NCBI RefSeq assembly: GCF_009914755.1
Contig: NC_060933.1
Source of the DNA: the human T2T-CHM13v2.0 reference genome, Homo sapiens
Direction: 5' to 3' (one strand)
DNA: 64,000 nucleotides
In this document: positions 1 through 17,426 of the stretch, piece after piece
Numbering within the stretch: position 1 is the stretch's first letter
Layout: the number at the start of each line of letters is the position of its first letter
Program-made: the position numbers and the translations under genes
Notes under the pieces: model-generated
Databases searched by the model: none
What the model was told of the DNA's origin: nothing
Seen by the model: the letters and a program-made list of their open reading frames with translations, nothing else

Positions 1-910
1 AGTTAGATTTGGTTGCCTCTAGGAAAAGAGACTTAGGGCCATGTAAAGATGATATTTGGCAATGCTGGTAAACTGGTTAATTGCCAGAAAGTCTTGTTGT
101 TTGGTGGGGTTTTTGACTGGATGTAATAAAGAATCTCTCTCATAAGGCTTTTGGTGGAGAATGTAGTAAGACACAAGTCCTGTTGAGGAATATTGTTCTT
201 GCTAGTGTGTGTAGGCATGGAAAGCTGGTATAGTGAGGAAGACTTGGGTGGTTGAGGACCTATGCTAAACAGGAGGTGACCGGAAGAAATGGTAAAAGAA
301 CTTAGCACCATGCCTGGCTGTGAACAAGGGGAGTCCAAGAAAACTAAGTGTCCAAAATAACATATAAGTTTATAATCTTAGAGCTAGAGAAAAATTAGGA
401 AATAGTGGATTATTATGTTTTTAATTGAAGTGTAACATACATACAGAAAACTATACAAAGCAAATGTATGGCTCCAAGAATTATCAAATGAACAAATGTG
501 TAACCAGCACCCCAGTAAAAAAAAAAAAGTATTTGTCAGCACCCCAGAAACCCATATCATTTTCCCTCACGATCATAGCTCCTGTTTCCCACAAGGTAAC
601 AGCGATGCTAACTTCTGGTATTACAGTTTAGTTTTACCTGTTTTTTTATTTTATATAAACTAGATGGTATGTTGCTGGCTTCTTTTCATTCAACATTGTA
701 TTTGTGAGAACCATCCATATTTTTACATGTTGTGGCTCTTCATTTTCTTTGCTGTGTAGTAGTTAATTGTATGAATATATCACAAATATTTATTAAGTCC
801 ACTAACCCAAATAGTAGTTGGATATTTGGGTTGTTTTCAATTTGGGGCTATTATAGGTGATGCTGTAGTGAACATTTCTGTACGTGTCTTTTAGTGCCCT
901 GGTACATGCT

Positions 911-1259
911 TATCTTAGTTTGCTCAGGCTGCTATAACAAAATACCATAAACTGGGTGGCTCATAAACAGAAATTTATTTCTCAGGTTTCTGGATGATGG
1001 GAAGTCCAAGATAAAGGTACCAGCATGGTCAGGTTCTGGTGAAGGCCCTCCTCCTGGTTGTAGACTGCTGATTTCTCCTCACATGGTGAAAGGAGCAATC
1101 AAGCTCCCTTAGGCCTTTTTTATAAAGTTTCCATTCCTGAGTGTTTCACCCTCATGACCTAATCACCTCCCAAAGGTCTTACCTCTTAATACCGTCACCT
1201 TGGAGGTTAGGATTTCAGCATATGAATTTTGAGGAGACATAAACATTCAAACCACAGCA
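911..1259 (-). mobile_element. MaLR solo LTR (MLT1A-like)
   Basis: Typical MLT1A sequence; 5-bp TSD ATGCT/ATGTT. Confidence 0.8.
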
Positions 1260-1574
1260 ATGTTTTTCTATTGGGTTTACACATAAAGTTTGGGATTGCT
1301 TGGTCGTAGGGTATTCTTGTGTTCAATTTCAGCATATTGTTTACAAATAGTTTTCCAAAGTTATTCCAAGTTATATTCCAGTATGTTATAGAACTTTCCA
1401 TTGCCCCACATTTTTACCAACGCTTGGCATTGTCAGACTTCTTAATTTGTAACCATTTTGGTAGGTGTGTAGTGTTACCAAATTGTAGTTTAGATTTCTT
1501 TTTCCTTGACTTAATGAAGGCAAGTTCATGTTTACTGACCATTTGGATATCCTCTTTTGTGAGTTACTGGCTGA

Positions 1575-1950
<376 letters not shown>

Positions 1951-3229
1951 TTCTTTACTCTCTTAATAGTGATTTTTGGTGAATAAAAAGTTATTTTAAT
2001 GTAGTTCAGTTTATCTATTATGGGTAGTATTATCGTGTCCTGTTTAAGAAATCTTTCCCTATCCCAAGATAATGAAGCTATTCCTCTTGTACTACCTTCT
2101 AGAAACTTTATTGTTCTATATGTAATATGAAGTAAAGATCAAATTTAGACTCTATACTTTATTTGGATTCACTAGCTTTTCTACCAATGTGCTTTTTCTG
2201 TTCTAAGATCTAATCCAGGATACCACATTGCATTTAGACACTCTACCTTTTGAAACTTTATTTTGGTCCAAGATTTTAAGCTTGTCACTAGTAATACTAG
2301 ATTATCATACATCACTGCATGTCCCACTTCTGCTCATTCAAGGGCCTTACGTTGCTGTCTGTTTGAACTAGCTTCTTGGTACCTTGATCTGGAAATAATC
2401 TTCTCTTCCTCTGCATTTCTATAGATTTTCTTTTTCTTTCCCTCTCTCATGCTTTATTGGAGTACTTTTGCTGATTTGTCTGTCCTTTCTATGTGATAGA
2501 TAAAATCAGGCCTGGTACATGTTTGGCTAAGTGAGACCTGAGCCCTACATGAAACTAAGTCAGATCCTCTTAAGTGTAGTCTACACTGTTTTGTTAAGAT
2601 GATAAGGTGACACTGGGTTGATGACTTGATCCAACCTAACGTGGTTGGAGAATTAAAACTATAGAATTAAGTTAGCCTAGTTGTTTTCAATCATTCTGCT
2701 TCACAAGAAGTTAAAAGACTAGAGGTATTTGTTGAATCCTCACTCATTGTCTCTCTCAGCTTCACAGATTGATACTGTGCTCCTACAGTTGTAACTCCAA
2801 GAAACACATTTGTCTTTTTAGTACTTACAGCTGTGAAGCTAAAGGCAAATTTGAATAATTTCTTTAAATGAGTGTATTTAAAACATTGACTTTTCTATGA
2901 ATGATCTCGTATTTTCTGCTCTGTTTATGCGTTTATATTTTACAACATACAGATTATGTCTTAGGTCTCCTTAATTATACCTCCAAACCGCTAGTAAGTA
3001 GCAGGTGCAAAATTGAGGAATTGAGGGAAGAACTTTGAATGCATGTTATATGGGAATTGTATACTTATACAATATGTAGAAGTAGCAGTTATTTATATAG
3101 CAAGCTTTGTTTATTTTTTTAAGAGAAGATTGCCTCCAGATGAATAAGCAGTAAATCTTTCATTTATGTGAAGTAAGTTATGTTTTTTAAAACTGTCGAA
3201 TAGTTTGTTGTTTGAACATAATTCTATAA

Positions 3230-3750
3230 GATATTATATAGGATAGTATTCTAAGAGAAATAAAAGCATATTTTCAGTAAAAGACTTGTACACAGATGTT
3301 TATAGCAGTCTTACTCATACTAGCAAGAAATGGAAGCAACCCAAATGCCCATCTTCTGGTGACTAGTTATAAAATTATGATATATTCAAACAATGGACTA
3401 CCACTGAACAATGAATAGCAATGAACTACTGATAAATGCAATAACATGGATGAATTTCTAAAACATGATGCTAAGTGAAAGAAGTCAGATAGGAAGAGTA
3501 TATACTGTGTACTTGCTGTTATTTGAAATTGCACAGGAAAAACCAACCAACAGTGTAATAAGATTAGTGGTTGCCTAGGACCAGGGTGGGTTGATTGCTT
3601 GACTGACAAGGGGCACAGGGAACTTTGGACGAGGGGTTGGTAGAAATGTTCTATATCTTGATTATTGTGGTTACACAGGTATATACATTTATCAAAACTC
3701 ATCACTTAAGATAGATGCATTTCATTATACTTAACTTATACCTCAAAAGA
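3230..3750 (+). mobile_element. Ancient L1M 3' fragment
   Basis: ggaagcaacccaaatgcccatc ... catggatgaatttc ... atgctaagtgaaagaagtcaga. Confidence 0.7.
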
Positions 3751-3771
3751 AGTTACCTTAAAAGTTTAAGA

Positions 3772-3890
3772 CTGGGCACAGTAACCCATCAGCATTTGGG
3801 GAAGACCCGGTGAGAGGATCACTTGAGCCCAGGAGTTCAAGATAAGCCTGGGCAACATAGGGAGACCCCATGTCTACAAAAAAATAAAAA
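3772..3890 (+). mobile_element. Alu monomer (FLAM-like)
   Basis: ggatcacttgagcccaggagttcaag...gcctgggcaacatagggagacccc. Confidence 0.8.
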
Positions 3891-4394
3891 CTAAACTTAA
3901 AAAAGGTTAAAAAGATAAAAAACAGTTTGTGACTTAGAAAACTGATGCTAAGAGAAAAAGGGTCTGAGATCACAGGTTGAAACAGAGGGATATATGGGAC
4001 CAAAAGCAATGAATTTGGTCAGGGCAGACCTAATTGCAATGATAAACTTTGAGACTTTCACATATGATTAAACAAATTGTGTAATCTGATAGTAAAGCCT
4101 TTTGTATTGAGTATGAAAATTGAAACTATAATTTAATTCTTTTAAAAATTATCCATTATATACAAGGAGAAATCCTGTAAAAGTCTGAAGGAAAGCAAGC
4201 ACAACTGGAGTCTAACTGGTTGTTGAAGTGCTATTAGATCTAGTTCTGGGAAGTTATGTGGTTATGTAGAGCTATAGAGTTTTTGGAAGTTATGTAGTTA
4301 TGTCCCAAGGCTTTGTCCTCTGGCATTGAGGAAAACTTTAGTACTTGTTTTAAATTGATAGTTTTTAATGTAGTCATTATGTATATGTATATAT

Positions 4395-4899
4395 ACATGC
4401 TGCTCTAAAGACACATGCACACATATGTTTATTGTGGCACTATTCACAATAGCAAAGACTTGGAACCAACCCAAATGTCCATCAATGATAGAATGGATTA
4501 AGAAAATGTGGCACATATACACCATGGAATACTATGCAGCCATAAAAAAGGACAAGTTCATGTCCTTTGTAGGGACATGGATGAAGCTGGAAACCATCAT
4601 TCTCAGCAAACTATCGCAAGGACAGAAAACCAAACACTGCATGTTCTCACTTATAGGTGGGAATTGAACAATGAGAACACTTGGACACAGGGTGGGGAAC
4701 ATCACACAATCACACACTGGGGCCTGTCGTGGGGTAGGGGGAGAGGGGAGGGATAGCATTAGGAGATATACCTAATGTAAAGGACGAGTTAATGGGTGCA
4801 GCACACCAACATGGCACATGTATACATATGTAACAAACTGGCACGTTGTGCACATGTACCCTAGAACTTCAAGTATAATTAAAAAAAAGAAAAAAGAAA
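4395..4899 (+). mobile_element. LINE-1 3' fragment (L1PA4/5-like)
   Basis: ORF2 C-terminal peptide [19 protein letters not shown]...SLIGGN, L1 3'UTR and A tail. Confidence 0.9.
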
Positions 4900-4979
4900 A
4901 ATCTGGGATGGCTGGCTTTAGTTTATACTCAGCTGTGTTACATTAACTCTCTCAAAACAAAATGCGGTAGATAACTAGG

Positions 4980-7143
<2,164 letters not shown>

Positions 7144-8803
7144 AAAAAAGCCAGGTTCAGTTATAGTTGATGTTGTCTCTATCTCTCTGAGCCTAGTAAT
7201 AATAAAACACTGTTGGTTCTGGGATAGTGGAAGAACTTCCTTTTCATTTAGCAGTTGTATTCATAGGTTGTGCTTAAACTGATTGTAATTAGACTGATGA
7301 AATTATCCAACTACCACCAAGTAGTTGTATAGATTTTAAGGATATCTGTGAGGGAAAAAAATGGTCTATTCCAATTATTGAACTACTGTTTTATGTAAAA
7401 ATAATATGAAATAAAAGTGGTATGAAATAGAAAATGGATGGAAGGATTTTTTTGTGGTAATAATATCTCTTAAACTTATATTCTGATTTAGGGTTGCCTT
7501 AGTCTGCATTTAAACCTGTTCACATGCTGGATCCAATCCCAGGGCCTTAAAGTACAAACTGCTTAGCCGAACTTAGTCTTAGCTTTAAAAGCCGAGGTAA
7601 CATTGCAGACCCATGGTGTATTTTAGTCTTAGTCATTATTTACTGGTAGCCTGGACAGAGTGCATGGCATGTGCTGTTCTGTGTCATTCACTCTCCTTCA
7701 CTTCCTCCCTACAATCCTATTTTATAATCAGTTTTTACATTTTATTGTTTGTTTATCTTTCCTCTTAGGAAGCTGGGATTTTCTTTTTGCTGAATGGATT
7801 GAAAAATAATTGGGGAAAAGGAAACCACAAAGAGTTTAGAGAGGTTTCTGTTAAGTACAAAAATTAACATTTGAGTTAAATTGTCTTCGAATTATTTTCA
7901 CATTATTTATATATTTAAAATGTTTTGGCTTTGCTCATAAATTCTTCATTGTTCAAAACATTGCTTTTGTAAAATTTGTAGTATTCCCTTTCACCTTATC
8001 TATCCTGTATCTATTATTATTTTTCCCTCTTTCAGCTTTTTGATGAGACCACAAAGGATAATACTTAGAGGAGTTTCCTGGCCTGTATTACAAGATAGAC
8101 CATGAGTTCTGCCTCAATTCAACTTCATTGTGTCAACTTGATAGGATAAGACAGGTGGACATTCTGCTAACCAGCATCTGATTAGAGAGGGTGGAGGCTG
8201 GTGATGGATTGTTAGGTGTGATGACAAAATAAGCAATTCCGTTAACATGAGTGTGCAGAGTAAAATTGGGACCAGCAGATGGTGGGGCTAAGCTGTATCT
8301 TATTTCTCAGCTATGAGATTTTCCGTGGCCGCCTTTTCACAGTAGCCAGCTGGGATTGTCCATTAACTGGGTTTGAGTAAAAGGGAGTTGTTGCTTTCTT
8401 TAGAATTTGTTCAGCCTCTCCTTTTCATGTATGGCTTTATGTTCATTTGGTAGTAAAACACGATATTCAAAGGCAGAATATATGAGAACTGACCTTTTCT
8501 TGGAGAACATCCCAGTTAGATCCCATTTCCACAATATGATTACACTTTGAAATCTGGCTTTTCCCTGTTCTTTCTTTAATCCTCTGATATTTTAAATTCC
8601 TGTAATCTCTGCTATTGCCACTTTAAACCTCATTACTGAAAGTTCTTCCCACACTGAAACACTTCTCAGAAAAAAAATGCAGAATATAGAGCAGAGCTAT
8701 AATATAAACTTAAACAGACCTGCTAGTTTTAGCTTTCTTTTCTAGTATACATAATTTAGTTTACTTGATCCAAAGGATCTTTAAGAAACATGTTTTGGTT
8801 TAA

Positions 8804-9113
<310 letters not shown>

Positions 9114-9704
9114 TGGTTTAATTTCTAAAACTTACCTACTAATCGACTTAGTTCTGCAATAAATATAGTTACAATCATTATAACTAGTATTCCTTGGGCT
9201 GGTTTAAAGATGTTCTTTAGCATTTGAGATGAAAGGCAGAAACCACAGGTAGGATCATGTAAGCTATGGAACCAAAGGAAAAGCCTGGAAATGCAACTTG
9301 GAGTCCTGCTTACTCTGTATCCTTGGAAAATCCAGATTGTGAAAGAAAAGAAAAAGATCATTTTCATCCATCTTTTGACAGCTTTCTACTTTGACACTTC
9401 TTTCCTCTACAGTTCCAACAGAAAGCCCAAGGCTGACTTTGATTTGCCTGACTTGGGTATGTTCCCATCCCTGCCTCAATCATTAACTTACTGGCCTGAG
9501 TCTTAGTGATGGGGTCAGCCTCTCCTCAATCCTATGAGCTTGGAACAGGAAAGGAAAATTGGAGAAGAGGAAAGGGATTCTGGACAGTCAAAAATAATTA
9601 AATATCCACTCTCTTCCCAAAGCTGTGTAATGGGAGAGCACTGTCCTTCAGCCAATAATGCACTAGCAGCTAGATTCCTTAGCTAGACCTTCTTCCACTG
9701 TTGA

Positions 9705-9944
<240 letters not shown>

Positions 9945-12900
9945 GATAGTAGGTTGAAATGGGAGAATTTCTCTTTTGGAAAAAAAGGTAGATAACTGTT
10001 TAAAAAATACATGTCTATTTGTCAAACATAAGTGGGAACCAAAGAAAAAATGTGACAAGTTTGAAGACACAGAAAGAGTCATCTGATGTAATTCTCTCAC
10101 TTAGTACTGAGGAATTTTCATGTGCCACATACAATGCTAGGTTACAGTGGAGAAGCCTAGATGAATGAGACAAATACCTACTTCTTTTATTCCTCCTTTT
10201 GGTAAACAACTCAATTTTCCTTTGAGGGAACCCTCCCCCACCCTTTGAAGAGTTCAAGTTCTGTACAGGTTTTTAAAACGTGAAGTAATGTTTGAACTGG
10301 AAGATGAGCTCACCAGGCAAAGCTAAGGAAGGATATACTAGTTGAAAAGAATAACCCACTCCTCTTCTGGGCATTTAAGCTGGTATGTTAGTGCTACTTT
10401 TAAGATTGTGGAGTCTGAGTTAATATTCAAGTGATCAGACTTTGAGTGACATCAAGAAAAGATGATATCAGGTTCATTTTTCAACTAATCTTATGTGGAA
10501 TTGAATTAGAGAACAAGGCATTATTCTTTTAGGGAAGGTGAGAGCTTATTTGTATCAGAGCTTATTACTTGTCAGGATAAGTAAATTTCTGTACATGTAC
10601 TGTTTTCATATGTGAAGTGAGAAGAAACTTTATGCTTGTTTAATGCTTAAATTTCCATCCATTGTGAGAATATTTTCACTGACCTCTGATGGCACTTGTT
10701 GACAAATCATTCAAGTGAGACCATGTTACTAGACATGATCTTGAAAGAGGCCATGATTTCACAAAACTCATTTTTATTTTATTCTCAGACAGTCTGTTAG
10801 GTAAAAATATGAGAAATTCATGTACATTTTATATTTTCTGAATTTATAATCTGTGCACTCCCAATTTTAATGACACTAAAATATTAATAGAATTTTTTAA
10901 ATATACTCTAATTTTTAAAACATACTCTTTATTATCTTCATTTATCAATTACAGCTTCGTATCTCTAATTTATGGTCTATATACCAATTTAAATGGCATG
11001 TAAACCTGCCTGTTTCTTCTCCTCTTCTAATATATCAGATCTCCAAAATGGAAGCTAAATGGTGGACTTGACAACTATTCACCCTACCTCAGATCATAGA
11101 GTTTGTAAAGTTTGTGTCCCTCCCCAGTTTTTCAGTCTGTTGAATGTCGATGGGGCAAGAACTCAGACTTCTACTTTACCAAGTACCACACACTCTGGAA
11201 TGCTTTAGTTTCCTTTTCCCCTCAAGATGTCTGAGTCAGCTAGGATGCTGTTTACCCCATCTCTCTCTTATATCACTTGAATGATATATTGTAAGTGAGA
11301 GGTAAAGGAAAATGTAGGCACAATAAGCACTGCTATTTTTCTCTTTGTCTAGGAAAGGAAGCTGAATCTTATATCTTATCTATGCTATTTAGGACTACTT
11401 TCTGGAGCTTGGCAGATTTTCCTCTGACACCAGAGAACAATAGTAGTCTCAAGAATGGAAACCTGAATGTCTGAGGGAATGGGCTGGTAGACTTTTTCGA
11501 AAACAAATTAGAGAAAGTAACTTACAACCACCCATTCCGGATTTGTAAAGCAACATGAAAACCTTTGATAAATGATAACCAACAGTCTTCTGTCCTAATT
11601 TGCATTCTCAATGCAGAATTATTGGGTCTTTCATAAATAACATGAGTGGTTTCTGGAGACATTTAAGATTGTCAGCAAACTTGTCCCAAAATGGCACATC
11701 ATCATAATCCATTTTCTCTTTGCTAGAAAATCAGCCCATAGAGTGCATTCCCAAATTCTAAATAGCTGACCCTAAATTCATTTTTCATGCTTAAAAATAA
11801 TAGAACAAATAATAATACTATTTTTGGGCAAAATCCACCCTACTTGATGAGGACCATTTGCTTGTGCTCAGTATTTAGAAATGCATACACTCCACATTTC
11901 TCCCCATTTCCAATTGGGACTCCCATTCTTTGCCAGGAGATCTTACCCATCCCTTTTCAGATTAATCTTTTATCCTTTCCTGAAGTACAAAGTCTTAAGA
12001 GTGTCTGAAATCCAAGACATCTTGGCCCAATTGACACAGGTTCTATATTCTTCCCTACATAGACCACTGGCTGCTGAAATACTTTTCTTGTCTTCTGGTT
12101 TCACAGGCTTCAGCTCATGGGTTCCACCCTAACTTGGGGAAACAAAAGCCTTCTCTAGAATCTGAAGGCCAGGCTTACCTCTGATTCTGATTCATCCATA
12201 CTTCATCTTATGTATTTTAACAGTTGGGTTCTGTGGAGTGTCCAGAGACCTTGGGTTAGGTATATCCATCTTCAGTACCTCATTGGATCACTTTTCTTTC
12301 ATCACTTGAGTATTCTAGCAGTCATTCTCCTAATCTGACCACTTTCAGGTTTAGTTTACCTGGCTTACCTGGGGAAGTTGACAACTTGTTGGTAGTTAGG
12401 CACCCATGAATGTCTCCAGAGACATCCTGAGAGGCAAGATTCCTCTTAATTGATAACCAGGACAACCAGGTAGTCACCCAGTCCTCTCTAAGCAGGGAGC
12501 ACTTGTCCTTCTCTCCTCTGCTGCAGCTACTGATATCTGGCCCCTGGAATAAAACCATAGTTCCTAAAATTGAGCATCCCTAAGAGTAGCTGCTTGGTGG
12601 GACAGCTGATTTCTTTGATTCCCTAGCTGCAAAACCTGAAATTGACCACTAGGTGACAGAATGTTTGCCAGTATCCCCACAAAACAAGTTAAAACTTAAG
12701 TGAAAATCATTCTGCTTTTGAATCTTAAAAGCTAGAAAAACCATAATGTAATATTCTTTTTAAACCCTCTTATTTTATAACTAAATAAATAATCACAGAA
12801 AAGAATGATCTGAACAAGAACAGCTGAGGCTAAAACCCAAGACTGCCGTGACTCCTAGTCCAATGTCTGTTTCGCATCACAACACAGTATCTTTAACAGT

Positions 12901-14780
12901 GCTTGAGATGCTTAACAGAGAAGGCATCCAGTGCTTCATTGAGGCTAAGTCTCAGGGTGTTTCTGCCGCTTAGTATCTTTTTGTTCAGATTGAGAACCTA
13001 AGGCGACAGAGAGGTCAAGGGGAAGTATTTTCTAGTTCAGAATTCAGAATTCTTAGGCAACCTTCATACCTTTATCTGGAAAATGCCTTCTCTCCAGACA
13101 ATAAGACAGTTCACATCTGGAGACATCAGCCTTTGGTACCTAATTCTCTAAGCTCAAGATGCATCCCATTGCCACTTTACCATTCTATTTCCCAAGGGAA
13201 CCATCAGCACCAACCTGCTAAATGCCTGTATTTGAAGTCTCTCCCCTTCCTGAAGTGACCTTTTATGAGGCTCTTTCCTTCCTAAGGGACCTTTCCCTGG
13301 TAGTAGTGGTCTCATTCACAAAAAAGAATAATAGATGTAACTGGAGTCACTTTGCAGTTTTCAAGATTTTTTTTTTATCTGCTTGGCTGGAAAGGAGACT
13401 AGAGTATCTAGTTTTTAGTATTTAAACTACTTTTAATTATTTATATTGATACTCTCTGATAAATGCAGGTAGTTAAGAATAGATTGTACTCATTCCTTTT
13501 TGAGTTTGTGACCTCAAACCATTGTTTTTATTCTTACACGACTACAGTACTTCAAATGGCACATAGATAGGCAGGATATTACATAGGTAAGCAGGAATTT
13601 ATACATTGGGTACCAGAGCTAAATCTGGAAAACACATTTGGAATGAGCTTCCACACTTCAGTCTAAAATCTCACCCAAACTTATGGCTACATATTTTTCT
13701 AAGTTTCCCCCCTAGTTTCACTTTCTGGAAAGTGAACAGTTTTTTAAATCCTAAATGTTATAAATCCTTAGGAGAAATATTCCCTCAAAACCTAGTCAAG
13801 AAAGTGCCACATTCCCACCTTCTAACAGGTAATTATTAGTTGTAATAGCTTTAATGCATGGAAAAACTTCAGTTACTGACCAGTCAAGAGAATTTCTCAA
13901 GAAAAATCCCAGCAACGTTCCCTCTTTCCTCCTTGTCTTCCACTATCATTAAGACCTGGGCTAGATCACCTCTAACATCTCACTCAGGGAAGGCAATGTG
14001 TTGCCATAAAAAGACCACAAGCTTTTGAGTTAGGCCTGAATTTGAATTTCAGCTTAATCATGTGGGATTTATGGTGGGGGCCCTTTCAGTCTCAATTTCC
14101 ACATTAGTGAACTGGGGAAATGATACATACTTCTAAGGGTTTTTAGGGGGATTAAATGAAGTATACAGTTCTTAGCCTCAGGCCTAGGATTAAGTAAGTA
14201 CTCAAGAAATGTGCAATTTTCTAGTTCCATGTTTCTTTTCTAATCTTCAAATGGAATTATAGAAACCATGGGTCAGAACATATTCCTTTACTCAAAAGAT
14301 TGCATGACTGAATTTGCTTAAGAAAAAAAAAATTGTATCAAGTCATTAATACAATTATACATTAATTATATTACATTAATACAATATATGGTTTGTGAAT
14401 TCAGAGACATTACCAGTTTGCCTCCTTCTCTCAATAGAACTTGTATTTTCATTTTCTTGGTTAAGCAGTTGTCTCCTAATATTATCCCATATGCTACCTA
14501 GTTTGCTGGTCCCAAGCAGTTTACTGTACTTCACTAGATTTGGTACCTGCTCTCCCCTGGACTTCTTTTTCAATATTCTAGCCTTTCCTAGATGTAAATC
14601 TTTACCTCCTTGTTAGTGAAATTAGATATAAGCCATGATTTGGAGAGGGAAGAAATCTGGAATACTTAATTTCATTTAATTATCTATGCTGATGAATGCC
14701 TGTATCATTGTTAATAAAGGAGAATTGAAAATACTCATTTCTACTTTCTGCCCTCAAATTTCTGTTTCTATCTCAACTAG

Positions 14781-14803
14781 GCAAGAATCAGCAGGGTGCA
14801 TGA
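14781..14803 (+). CDS. FKTN: Alternative FKTN C-terminal mini coding segment, (G)KNQQGA*
   Basis: Pyrimidine-rich acceptor tttctgtttctatctcaactAG (14779-14780). Joined to the internal donor ATG|GTAAGA at 9828/9829 it reads G|GC AAG AAT CAG CAG GGT GCA TGA. Confidence 0.6.
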
Positions 14804-14950
14804 TGCCATTTTAAGCTGCTTCACATCAGACTGAAATCCTAATTACAGTTCATAAGTGAAACAGACTAATTCAATGGCAATACCTTTTGTATAGGTCCTG
14901 TGCTTAAAGGAGGCAAGTATAAATTTTCTAATAAGAAATCCCTGCTTCTT

Positions 14951-15291
<341 letters not shown>

Positions 15292-15774
15292 CTAGAATAC
15301 CCCCTGGCACCTTCTAACCCAACCTAATACAGAGATTTTGTAGGGACCCATTAACAAGCTCCTATATAATTATAAGCAGCTCTCACAGTAGGGTTGAAAG
15401 AGAATATAAGGAAAATTAGAAGTACTGTATTTTTGCTATTGGAAATGAAATATTGTTTCATGCACCTTTGAAAAAAATAACAGGATTTTACAGCCTTCTG
15501 ATGATTCATTCAAAGCATGGGGAATAGTTCATATGTTTGTTAAATGAAAATCTTATGTAGCTATTTGTGTGTCCCTCCCACTTCATAACTACAAAAACAT
15601 ATATATGAATTTCTAAACAAAGTGATATTTTAAAGATGAATTGATTCAATGTGTACTTACCAGTTTACTGTGTGGTTTTATCTTCAGGTACAGATAGTTT
15701 GTGGTACTACTTGAAAATACCTTTAATATTATTTTCATCAGAATTTGTAATATATAATCCAGTTTGGGATGATG

Positions 15775-15780
15775 AATAAA
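15775..15780 (+). terminator. FKTN: Probable distal FKTN polyadenylation signal
   Basis: AATAAA followed by U-rich elements (tcttgtatttattttt). Confidence 0.7.
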
Positions 15781-16557
15781 ATTTTTCTAATCTCTTGAGA
15801 TATCTTGTATTTATTTTTGAGACTTGCAGTAGAAATAACAGACACTAACATTCACAGACAATCTGATAAAATAGTAATCTTGCCACCAGTACAGTATTTC
15901 TAAAATTCAACTATGGGGACCCTAGTAGTCTGCACACATATACCTGGGTATCCAAAAGTTCTCAGAGATAAAACCTGCCAGCCAAAGACCACCAGGAACA
16001 CACCTGTAATCAAACAAAGTTAGGTTTATTAGCTTGTTGTAGTAAGAGGAAACAGCCACCATGGGGAATCATAACATATTTCAGGGAGAAGGAACTAGAA
16101 AGGTCTTTTATAGGCTTTGAGCTGATGTCAAAATTGTTAAAAGTAACTGTGGTGGAGTGGAAATAACACAGGACATGGAGTAAAAAGTTCTAGTTTGTCT
16201 GAATCCAACAGTGCCATGACCAGTAGGATTCATTTCAGGTGTACATGGCTAGTTCAGCCTTAAAACAGTCAATGTAATGCACTGTATCAACAAAGTAAAG
16301 AAAATCATATCAATAGACACAAAAAGAGTCTGACAAAATCTAACCCTCATTCATGAGAAAAACTCAGTAAGTTAAAAATAGAAGATAATTACCTCAACTT
16401 GATGAAGAACATCTAAAACCAACAAACAAAAACCTGTATGTTTTAATAGCAAAAAACTGAATGTTTTTCCTCTAAGATTAGGAACAAGGCAAGGATGTCT
16501 GCTTTCATCACTCTTATTCAGCCTAATACTAGAAGTGCTAGTCACTGAAGTAAGGCA

Positions 16558-16587
16558 AAAAATAAATAAATAAATAAATAAATAAAA
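16558..16587 (+). repeat. (TAAA)n tetranucleotide repeat
   Basis: Read directly from the sequence. Confidence 0.9.
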
Positions 16588-17426
16588 GACATGCAGATTG
16601 CAAAGAAATTTTTAAAAACTTTTCATTTGCAGATGACATGATTGTTTACATAGATAATACCAAGGAATGTATTTTAAAACAAGCAAACACCTGGAGCTAA
16701 TAAGTGAGTTTTAGTGCAGTCACAGTATACAAGATCAAGACCAATACCCCCAAATCAATTGCATTTCTATATTCTAACAGCAAACATGAGAACAAAAACA
16801 CAGTACTATTTAAAGTCACCCTGAAGAAAATGAAGTACTTAGGTATAAAATTAACAAATTATATACAAGATTTGTATGTTAAAAATGCTGATGAAATCAA
16901 AGACCTCAATAAATGGAGATGCATACCATGTTCATGGATTGGAAAACAACACAGTAAAGATGTCAGTTCTACTCAACTTGATCAATAGGTTTAATGCAAT
17001 TCCTATCAAAATCTCAGCAAGGTTTTTAATAGACATAGACAAACTTATTTTAAAATGTATGTGATAAGTTTATTTCTCTAGAATATCTCAAGTAATCTTT
17101 ATAAGGAAAAAGTAGCAGAAAGATTTGGTATCAGAAGACCTAAGTTCATTCTTGCACTTCAATAGATACCACATCTGATCTTATAAGGTAGATGTTATTT
17201 CCCCTTGTTTTGCAGATGAGGAAGCTGCAATTTAGAGGTAACACAGATCTTAAATCCTTGTTTTCTGACTTGAAATCCAGTGGCTACTCACTCTGCCAAT
17301 TCTACTTAACTGTTGATCTGAAAAAAAAAATTTTTTTTTAATTATTACTTAAAACCAGCCTCTGATACTGAAAGTGAGAAGGATCACTCTACCCAATATT
17401 AAGGTTTATTATATAGCTATAGTAAT

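Noticed and set aside
8272-8285. CTCF-like CCAGCAGATGGTGG
   Set aside because: Mismatches at the conserved 3' GGC positions; too weak without occupancy data.
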